From the IMG/VR virus record IMGVR_UViG_3300048839_001435: a stretch of 43,792 bases of DNA. The stretch is one strand, 5' to 3'. The position numbers were made by a program, and so were the translations under genes. Origin of the DNA: an uncultured virus (IMG/VR IMGVR_UViG_3300048839_001435) (taxonomy: Duplodnaviria > Heunggongvirae > Uroviricota > Caudoviricetes). Below, one piece after another: positions 36,285-43,139 of this stretch (within the stretch, counting starts at the first letter, position 1; every line of letters begins with the position of its first letter). Below the pieces are notes generated by a model, which was given only the letters and a program-made list of their open reading frames with translations, did not search any database and was not told the origin of the DNA.

Positions 36285-37103
36285 TCACTTCTTCAGCACG
36301 AGGTAGAGCCCTCCGAGGAGGACGATGCCGCCCGCGATCGCGAGGCCGACCGTCGTCGGATTCCACGCCGAAGGCGCCGAGGGAAGGAACCCACCGGCCT
36401 CGCCGGCGGCGCCGCGCCGCTTGGCGATGTAGATCTGGATCCCAACCGCCAGCGGCTTGGCCGAGGTGCGGACGAAGTTCGTCGCTGCGGTCGTGACGGT
36501 CTTGCTGATCAGGGCGCCCTGCAGCGCCGCCGTCATCGCCAGGCGCATCGTCTCGCCGCCCTTGATGTCGCCGGAGACGTACGCCATCGAGTTGGCGAGG
36601 GCGCTGAGCGTGCCGTAGTTGACGACGCCCGTGATGCCTCCGGGGTCAGTGTTCAGTCCGAGCGCTGCTAGATCCGTGAGCGCCTGCTGGAGCGCTGCAA
36701 CGCCGTCTCCGGGGACGTCGTTGGGGGCGTCCTTCATGTTGGCCGCTGGCACCCACCCCAGACCGCCCGTCGAGTAGACCTGCCACCAGCCGCCGCTGAC
36801 GGCCAGCACCTTGACCCGCGTGTTGATGCCGAGCGTACCGATCGTCTTGGACTTGGCGTTCGGCTGCTGGTAGACCGCGGTCGACTTCGTGGCGACGGCG
36901 GGGAAGCCGCCGCTGTCCGCTGCTCCGAGCGGCCCGTAGAGCGCTGCGCCGTCTGCGTAGTTGGCGTTGACCTCGGGCGACGGCGTCCACTCGGCGGGCG
37001 TCCGCGCCATCGAGCCGGCCGGTCCGCCACTGTAGACGTGGATCGGATAGGCACCTGGCATCCCTAGCCCGGCCGAGCCCATGTTCAGGCGGATGTGGGT
37101 CAT
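36285..37103 (-). CDS. SH3b plus peptidoglycan-binding-like domain protein with C-terminal TM
   Basis: AVYQQPNAKSKTIGTL...GWWQV...GWVPAANM (SH3b), VAALQQAL...PGGITGVVNYGT (PG_binding_1-like), N-terminal GLG and PLG. Confidence 0.75.
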   Translation of the reverse strand: MTHIRLNMGSAGLGMPGAYPIHVYSGGPAGSMARTPAEWTPSPEVNANYADGAALYGPLGAADSGGFPAVATKSTAVYQQPNAKSKTIGTLGINTRVKVLAVSGGWWQVYSTGGLGWVPAANMKDAPNDVPGDGVAALQQALTDLAALGLNTDPGGITGVVNYGTLSALANSMAYVSGDIKGGETMRLAMTAALQGALISKTVTTAATNFVRTSAKPLAVGIQIYIAKRRGAAGEAGGFLPSAPSAWNPTTVGLAIAGGIVLLGGLYLVLKK

Positions 37104-37123
37104 ATGCACCCGAGGCTATCTCA

Positions 37124-37139
37124 GATCCCAGCTGCGATC
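37124..37139. promoter_or_regulatory. 16-bp operator copy GATCCCAGCTGCGATC
   Basis: Between the divergent SH3b and transglutaminase genes, 5 nt from minus-strand TAGCCT. Confidence 0.8.
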
Positions 37140-37175
37140 TAGCGGTAGGTTTTGAGATCGCGTATGTTGGAAGCC

Positions 37176-37925
37176 ATGGCGTTCCGTACTCCTCCTTGGT
37201 TTCCGGCGGCGTTCGCAGCTGGAGCGGCTCTGATCGGCGTCGGAGGGTACTGGTGGCTTCGTCGGCAGAACCTACAGTCACGGCTCGCGGGGCCCAGCTA
37301 CGGGCTGGGCCGCACCAGCCAGGTCATCGAAGACCTGGCACCACAGGCGCCGCTGCTGGAGACGAACAAGGTCGGCGACATGGTCGTGCGGCACTTCCGC
37401 CAGAAAGACATGCCGATCGAGACGCGCGTCCGACACATCCAGGACCTGACCTGGAAGTCGATCATGGACCCGCGGATGCGCAAGATCGCGCTGGCGATCA
37501 CGCACAGCTGCCCCGAGCGCGACGTGATGTGTGAGGCACGCGCGATCTACAAGGCCGTCAAGAACCGCGTGCGCTACACTGGCGATGTCGGAGTGGTCAA
37601 GCAGCCGTCTGGCGCCGAGGAAGGCGTCGACCTGTTCCAGTCCGCGTACCGGACGTGGGAGTTCCGCGGAGGCGACTGCGACGATCAGAGCATCCTCGTC
37701 AGCACGCTGCTGGCGCTCAACGGCATCACGCCGCGGCTGCGCGTGACCGCCGAGAAGAAGAAGAACGCCGACTACGGACACATCTACCCGGTGTTCGGCA
37801 CGCCGAAGATCACCCCCAAGAAGTGGGTCGGCATCGACACCACGCTGCCGGGCAAGAACAACTTCGGCAAGGAAGCGCCGTTCGCGCGGGACATCAACTT
37901 CATCGTCCGCGACGTCGCCGCCTGA
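37176..37925 (+). CDS. Membrane-anchored transglutaminase-like cysteine protease
   Basis: N-terminal TM, LAG and GLG linker, VRYTGD, triad GDCDD / YGHIYP / WVGID. Confidence 0.85.
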   Translation: MAFRTPPWFPAAFAAGAALIGVGGYWWLRRQNLQSRLAGPSYGLGRTSQVIEDLAPQAPLLETNKVGDMVVRHFRQKDMPIETRVRHIQDLTWKSIMDPRMRKIALAITHSCPERDVMCEARAIYKAVKNRVRYTGDVGVVKQPSGAEEGVDLFQSAYRTWEFRGGDCDDQSILVSTLLALNGITPRLRVTAEKKKNADYGHIYPVFGTPKITPKKWVGIDTTLPGKNNFGKEAPFARDINFIVRDVAA

Positions 37926-37958
37926 CGGCGGCGCCCAATCTTTCTGGAGATCATTCCG

Positions 37959-38228
37959 ATGACGCAGATCGACGTTCCCGTTTCTCTCCTCGGCCTCAAC
38001 GAAGCTGCCTCGTGGAAGCGCTCGGCGTTCGCCGTCGTGTCCCTCGCCTCTGGCGCGCTGTCGGCGTACCACGGCACCAAGCGCAACAACTCCATCGGCT
38101 GGGGCATCGCCTGGGGTCTGCTCGGCGGTGCGTTTCCGATCCTGACGCCGGCGATCGCCTTCGGTCAGGGCTTCGCCAAGCGCAAGTCGGGCAGCCTCAG
38201 CGGCGCGCGACGTCCCGGGCGCTGGTAG
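37959..38228 (+). CDS. Small membrane protein ending LSG-ARRPGRW
   Basis: SAYHGTKRNNSIGWGIAWGLLGG, RBS GGAG. Confidence 0.75.
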   Translation: MTQIDVPVSLLGLNEAASWKRSAFAVVSLASGALSAYHGTKRNNSIGWGIAWGLLGGAFPILTPAIAFGQGFAKRKSGSLSGARRPGRW

Positions 38229-38265
38229 TGGCGCCGCATTGACTTTCCTCGTCGGGAGACCGACG

Positions 38266-38514
38266 ATGAAGTTCATGCGCCGCCCGAGCTTCGATGCTGC
38301 CGAAGTTGCCGAACGTCTGACTCGCGCTGCCAAGGCGGCCAAGCGCGGCAACTGCGGCGAGGCGTTGGTCCAGCTGGAGCACGTCCCCGACGAAGCTGCG
38401 CTCGATCAGGAGACGCGGGTCTGGCGCGCGCGGGTCAAGAAGCTCGCAGCGCGCTGCGTCCGCGACGTCGGCCTCCACGGGCGCGTCTTGCGCAAGCGCA
38501 AGAAGCGCAAGTAG
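38266..38514 (+). CDS. Small basic protein ending GLHG-RVLRKRKKRK
   Basis: RBS GGGAG before ATG 38266. Confidence 0.65.
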   Translation: MKFMRRPSFDAAEVAERLTRAAKAAKRGNCGEALVQLEHVPDEAALDQETRVWRARVKKLAARCVRDVGLHGRVLRKRKKRK

Positions 38515-38515
38515 C

Positions 38516-38752
38516 TCACGCGACGGGGGGCACCGGCGGCAACGGCGGCAACGCCACCGGCTTGCGCAGCTGCTTGACCGCGTAGATGGCCCCGAGCACC
38601 GCGCCGGTGATCGCGATGCCGATGCCGAGCGCACCGAGATCCTGCCAGGTGCTCCACGGCTGCTGGCTTTCGGCCTCCAGCTCCTCGGCCTCGTCCGACG
38701 CGGACTGCGTCTGCTGCTGAGCTACGATGTCTACCAGGGGCGACGGATCCAT
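38516..38752 (-). CDS. Small single-TM protein
   Basis: LGALGIGIAITGAVLGAIYAV, TAGAAT 6 nt before the ATG. Confidence 0.7.
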   Translation of the reverse strand: MDPSPLVDIVAQQQTQSASDEAEELEAESQQPWSTWQDLGALGIGIAITGAVLGAIYAVKQLRKPVALPPLPPVPPVA

Positions 38753-38761
38753 AGGGGTATT

Positions 38762-39922
38762 CTACTCCAGGCGCATGAACCAGTACACAGGCTCACCAGA
38801 AGCTGCGAGGACGAAGAACCCCGGGGCGTTGCGCGATATTCTCGATCCTGCCACGTGCCTCGGGTAGATCGCGATCGTACTGTTCGGAAAGCGCGCGGGG
38901 TTGACGTGCTGCGTGAAAGTATCTCCGGTCTCGACGGGCCAGCCTCGCCCAAGATCGCTGATCCGTCCTGTATCGTCGAAGACCAGCGGAAACTGAAGGT
39001 AGCGCATACCGAAGCTGAAGGGCGGAGGCAACAGCACGAACCGTTCACCACTGGAAAACATCCGCAGTGTCTCTGCGGAGGCAAACTCTCGAAGAGCTAC
39101 CACAGCTTCTAGCTCCTCAGCCTCAGGCACACGGCGCAGCACCCAATCGCTCATGGTGACGTCAGGCGGTAGGTTTGGAGCCAAGCCATACCGCATTGGC
39201 TCGCGCGGATGCAGGATGTCCTCGTCGATCTGGGCTCGGATGCGAACCTCGGCATCCGCGACCAGCTCGAAAGTGAATTCGCCGTTGTGGCGGTCCAACA
39301 CCAGCGATGGTGCCGTGCGGACGTCTCCTGCGGGCCAGTAGATCAGTTGGTACTCTCCATCGGCATACACGCGTCCGAAGGAAGTCGCGAGGTGTTTCAG
39401 GTAGCTCTCGGTGTAGTCGCTAGGGTCGAGCGTGGACTTGACGAAGACGTACGCCCGCGTAACGACGTCTGCTGAGTAAACGCCGTGCGCATGTGCTGCG
39501 ACGTGTCCACCAAGGACAGCGTGCATGGCCGCCATCGTCAGCTCGGGGTGCATGCGCGAGGAGAAGACCGCAGACCTCGACGGAAAGATCGGAGTGGATA
39601 CGAACCACTTGTAGCCTTCGGCGCCTCGCCAGTAGGACAACGTCGGCTCGTTCCGACGCTGGGCGAGCCACATGGTCTCGACGTACAGTGGGTGATCCGT
39701 GCTCCACGGTGCGCGACCAACGCTGAAGTGAATCGAGCGCGCGTCGTAGGCTGCGTTCACGATCGCATCGAGCGCCCAGAACACACGCTCGACGTCCTGC
39801 GCTGGGATGGATTGCCATACCCCCAGCAGATAGCCGGCCTTCTCCATCGCGTACGGATCCGGCTGAAGCACCTCGGCGAGCACCTCAACGGGGATGTGGC
39901 TTGGGTGCGCGAACGCCGTCAC
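38762..39922 (-). CDS. Hypothetical protein with weaker codon bias
   Basis: 386-aa ORF, TG-G-TAGGGT 6 nt before the GTG. Confidence 0.7.
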   Translation of the reverse strand: MTAFAHPSHIPVEVLAEVLQPDPYAMEKAGYLLGVWQSIPAQDVERVFWALDAIVNAAYDARSIHFSVGRAPWSTDHPLYVETMWLAQRRNEPTLSYWRGAEGYKWFVSTPIFPSRSAVFSSRMHPELTMAAMHAVLGGHVAAHAHGVYSADVVTRAYVFVKSTLDPSDYTESYLKHLATSFGRVYADGEYQLIYWPAGDVRTAPSLVLDRHNGEFTFELVADAEVRIRAQIDEDILHPREPMRYGLAPNLPPDVTMSDWVLRRVPEAEELEAVVALREFASAETLRMFSSGERFVLLPPPFSFGMRYLQFPLVFDDTGRISDLGRGWPVETGDTFTQHVNPARFPNSTIAIYPRHVAGSRISRNAPGFFVLAASGEPVYWFMRLE

Positions 39923-39947
39923 CGTCCGACCCTACCACGGAGGGCTG

Positions 39948-39963
39948 GATCGCTGCTGCGATC
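39948..39963. promoter_or_regulatory. 16-bp operator copy GATCGCTGCTGCGATC
   Basis: 6 nt upstream of TAGGCT (39970-39975, preceded by TG-C), between divergent genes. Confidence 0.85.
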
Positions 39964-39988
39964 AAGTGCTAGGCTCGAAACCACCAAC

Positions 39989-40450
39989 ATGCTCGGCTTC
40001 ATCCCGGACTTCCAGTTCTCGCCGGACGCGAACATCAACCCGTACGTCAATCCGACGGTGTCGATGCCGTCTGGGATGTACCAAGCCGGCATCTACACGA
40101 CGCAGCCCACCTACAGCGGATCGCCGTCGGTCACGCCGCCGCCGCCAGATCCCATGTCGTGGAGCGTTCGCGGCATCCACTGGAACTGGCGCAACCCCGG
40201 CGCGCCGCCGTGGGCGTACAACCCGTCTGGCCTCGGCTACGTGATGGCGTGGCCGCAGCCGCCCGTCGCCGGCGCCGTCAAGGCGCTCGCCGGTCCGGTC
40301 GCCGGCCCGCGGATCACGGCGCTGCCGCCGTCCATGGTCGCCGCGCTCGCCGACGGCGGCTTCGTGTCCACGCACAAGTGGAAGCTGCTCGCCGGTCTGC
40401 TCGGCCTCGGCGCCGGCTACTTCGCGTACACCCGCTACCTCGCGAAGTGA
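39989..40450 (+). CDS. Pro-rich membrane protein, starts MLG, C-terminal TM
   Basis: MLG, SGLG, ALAG, TM KWKLLAGLLGLGAGYFAY. Confidence 0.75.
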   Translation: MLGFIPDFQFSPDANINPYVNPTVSMPSGMYQAGIYTTQPTYSGSPSVTPPPPDPMSWSVRGIHWNWRNPGAPPWAYNPSGLGYVMAWPQPPVAGAVKALAGPVAGPRITALPPSMVAALADGGFVSTHKWKLLAGLLGLGAGYFAYTRYLAK

Positions 40451-40459
40451 GCCCTGGCG

Positions 40460-40828
40460 ATGGACTACACCGACGAGGACTACCAGAACCTGGGCGAGCA
40501 GCACAGCTTCACCAAGGACTATGGCCTCGGTGAAGTCGAACTCGTCGACGGGCCTCCGGCGGACAGCGTCTTCATCGACGCCTCCGGCAACTGGGTCTAT
40601 CCCACGACGCCGCTGCAGATCGGCCCCCGTGGCGTTCTCGGGGGCGTGGTCGACACGTTCAAGAGCATCTGGGGCGGAGCCAGCAGCACCGCCGAAGGCG
40701 CGGCCGACGTCTACGCGTGGTGGCAGATGCACAAGCGCAAGATCTACATCGGCACCGCGCTCGTCGTCGGCGTCGCTGGCGGTCTCCTGCTGTGGCGCAT
40801 CGTCGCCGGCAGCGACTCGCGGCGCTAG
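40460..40828 (+). CDS. C-terminally anchored membrane protein
   Basis: NLG, YGLG, VLGG, TM IYIGTALVVGVAGGLLLW. Confidence 0.75.
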   Translation: MDYTDEDYQNLGEQHSFTKDYGLGEVELVDGPPADSVFIDASGNWVYPTTPLQIGPRGVLGGVVDTFKSIWGGASSTAEGAADVYAWWQMHKRKIYIGTALVVGVAGGLLLWRIVAGSDSRR

Positions 40829-41104
40829 CTAGTCGTCCTTCTTCGGGTCGGGTAGTGGCGGACGCTCCGTGGCGCCGGGCGCGTGGCCGAGGCGGCTGCG
40901 CTCAGCCTGCTGCTGCTTCAACGCGCCGACGACATCGACGGGATCGAACCTGTACTGCTCGCCGACGCGGAAGAACGGAATCGTGCCCGTCTTGACGTAG
41001 CGGTGCACCGTCGGCAGCGAGATGCGCAGGTAGTCGGCCAGCTCCCGCGGCGACATCACGCGCTGAGGTGCCAGCGGAGTTGGTGCTTTCGGCCTTCGCG
41101 ACAT
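40829..41104 (-). CDS. Excisionase/MerR-like HTH (HTH_17) DNA-binding protein
   Basis: MSPRELADYLRISLPTVHRYVKTGTIPFFRVGEQYRF. Confidence 0.88.
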   Translation of the reverse strand: MSRRPKAPTPLAPQRVMSPRELADYLRISLPTVHRYVKTGTIPFFRVGEQYRFDPVDVVGALKQQQAERSRLGHAPGATERPPLPDPKKDD

Positions 41105-41253
41105 TCGTCCTGCGATAGTGCCGCAGCAACTGCACGACGTCCAGCAAACGCGAAGTCGGCTGGAATCGCGTAGTTCGCTCGTGCAGGGCGTAAAACCAGT
41201 GATCATGTCGAGTCACCAACGCAACCCGCGAAAACTCCTGCGAAAACCCCATT

Positions 41254-41269
41254 GATCGCAGCAGCGATC
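41254..41269. promoter_or_regulatory. 16-bp operator copy GATCGCAGCAGCGATC
   Basis: 5 nt upstream of TAGCCT (41275-41280), ATG at 41291. Confidence 0.85.
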
Positions 41270-41290
41270 CGCGTTAGCCTGTTGAACATC

Positions 41291-41881
41291 ATGGCACTCA
41301 ACAAGCACGGCGCCGAGGCGCACTTCGTTCGTCCCGACCGCGTCGGGTACACCAGTGTCCTCCAGGCGATCCCCGGCTACCAGCCGGTGCAGAACGCGCA
41401 GGAAGTCGCCTGGCGCTTCGTCGGAGCGCCGTTCTACTCGACGGGTCCCGGCACGTTCGCCGGTGCCTTCGGCGCGCCGAAGATGTCGCTGCGGGATCGC
41501 CTGCGGATGTTCTTCTTCAAGTTCAAGGTCCGCCAGCAGCAGCGCGCCATCGCGAAGGTCGCGGCGCTGCCGGCGCCGCAGCCCAACGTGCCCGCGGTCG
41601 CCGAGTCGACGCCGGCGCAGGCGCACGTCACCCGCGACGCCGCCGCTCTGGCGATCACGGCGGGCATCGTGCAGTCGGGTTCGCAGCTGGTTCCGGCCGG
41701 GGTCGTTCGCCCCGAGGTCGTCGCCGGCTCGCGCATCAGCTACAGCACGGCCGTCGGCGAGCCGTTCGGCTTCTCGTCGCTGATCACCTCGCAGGTGCAG
41801 AACCCGTACATCGGGCAGCTGGCTGCCGAGAGCGCCTGGCACAAGTTCTTCTTCCAGCGCACCCGCGGCCTGGGGCGCTAG
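41291..41881 (+). CDS. Putative structural protein ending RGLGR
   Basis: Strong codon bias, preceded by an operator. Confidence 0.7.
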   Translation: MALNKHGAEAHFVRPDRVGYTSVLQAIPGYQPVQNAQEVAWRFVGAPFYSTGPGTFAGAFGAPKMSLRDRLRMFFFKFKVRQQQRAIAKVAALPAPQPNVPAVAESTPAQAHVTRDAAALAITAGIVQSGSQLVPAGVVRPEVVAGSRISYSTAVGEPFGFSSLITSQVQNPYIGQLAAESAWHKFFFQRTRGLGR

Positions 41882-41899
41882 TTCCTCGCTGATCGCGTC

Positions 41900-42232
41900 A
41901 TGGCGAAGCAGAGCAGCATCCTCACGCTCGACGGTCCGGATCTCGGACAAGTGGTCGATCCGTACGAGCCGTACCAGCCGGAGCCCGTGACTCCGGCGGC
42001 GCCTGCGCGCCCTCGCAAGAAGCAGAAGAAGGCCGCGCAGCCGAAGGCCGCCGCGAAGCACGTCCCCCTGCCCACCAACCCCAACGTCGGCGACTGCGCC
42101 TGTCGGTGGAACTGGCGCAAGCAGCGCTGGGCGCGGCTGTGCTTCGTTGGCAAGGGCAACGGCCCCGGGCAGTCGCGCTCGGGCTGGATCGTCCGCGGCA
42201 ACGGCTCGACCTGCGAGGTCACCAAGAAGTAG
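41900..42232 (+). CDS. Basic Lys/Pro-rich protein with Cys-containing C-terminal domain
   Basis: LDGPDLG near the N-terminus, RPRKKQKK, CACRW...LCF...TCE. Confidence 0.7.
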   Translation: MAKQSSILTLDGPDLGQVVDPYEPYQPEPVTPAAPARPRKKQKKAAQPKAAAKHVPLPTNPNVGDCACRWNWRKQRWARLCFVGKGNGPGQSRSGWIVRGNGSTCEVTKK

Positions 42233-42311
42233 TTCGTGAAATCGGCGCTCAGGTGAGCCTCACCCGCGCTGAAACTGTTCAACCCCCGCAACGACACACA
42301 GGAGAATGCAC

Positions 42312-42962
42312 ATGTCCAGCTTGATGGGTGAGGTCGATCTTCTCGGCCTCGACGAGTTCGGTCAGAACCCCGGGATGCGCACCGTCTACGGTGCCCTGAT
42401 CGGCGCTGGCGTCGCCAGCGTCGCGACGGTCGCCGCCAAGAACCTCACCGACCCGGGCACCTGGGCGAACGACAACGCGGAGTGGGTCGGCCTCGGCGCC
42501 GGCCTGCTCACCGCCGGCGCGATGTACGCGATGCCGGGCACCCGCCACGCGGCGGTGTGGGCCGCGGGCACCGCGGCGCTGAGCCTCGGCGTCATCGCGA
42601 TCGCCAAGAAGGTCCTCGGCGGTGGCGGCGTCCTGGGCGGCCTCGGCATCCCGTCGGCGGGTCCGGTCCCGCAGGTGTACGGCGCGGGCCTCGGCCTGCC
42701 GGGCATCTACGCGCCGGCGCCGGTCGCCAACATCGCGCCGGGCTACTCGGGCGCGACGAACGCCGGTCTCGCCGAGGCGAGCATCGGGCCGGTGCCGCAG
42801 GTGTACGGCACGGGTCTGTCGGGTCCGCAGCTGGGCTCGCAGGTCCCCGTCAGCCTGCTCGGCAACAGCCTCGGCGCGCAGCAGGCGTCGCTCCTGGGCG
42901 GCCCGCTGACCGACGGCCTCTCGGCGATGTACGGCCAGACCGTCTTCGGCGAGGCGCGCTGA
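42312..42962 (+). CDS. Putative major virion membrane protein (about 3 TM) with Gly-rich, LG-punctuated tail
   Basis: RBS CAGGAG, repeat GPVPQVYG twice, many LG/LSG motifs, directly before the putative capsid gene. Confidence 0.75.
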   Translation: MSSLMGEVDLLGLDEFGQNPGMRTVYGALIGAGVASVATVAAKNLTDPGTWANDNAEWVGLGAGLLTAGAMYAMPGTRHAAVWAAGTAALSLGVIAIAKKVLGGGGVLGGLGIPSAGPVPQVYGAGLGLPGIYAPAPVANIAPGYSGATNAGLAEASIGPVPQVYGTGLSGPQLGSQVPVSLLGNSLGAQQASLLGGPLTDGLSAMYGQTVFGEAR

Positions 42963-42976
42963 CGCGCAAGATAGTA

Positions 42977-43035
42977 GATCGCGGCTGCGATCCCAAAATC
43001 GCAGTTGCGATCTCTAGCTGATCGCAGCTACGATA
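42977..43035. promoter_or_regulatory. Triple operator array upstream of the putative capsid gene
   Basis: GATCGCGGCTGCGATC 42977-92, AATCGCAGTTGCGATC 42997-43012, GATCGCAGCTACGATA 43020-35 overlapping TACTGT. Confidence 0.85.
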
Positions 43036-43139
43036 CTGTTCATCGGGAGGCGTGAAGTCTCCCAGGCAAATCACCGGGTCCGCCGGGGCTACATCGGCCC
43101 TCCTGACCCAAACCGACAACCGACTCAGGAGAAAAGCAC

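Noticed and set aside
40829..41104. True excisionase marking an att site
   Set aside because: No integrase, tRNA or att-like repeat is visible nearby. HTH_17 proteins are often plain regulators.
42977..43035. Repeated palindromes as a mini CRISPR array
   Set aside because: Gaps are only 4-7 nt, other copies are dispersed at promoters, and no cas genes are visible.
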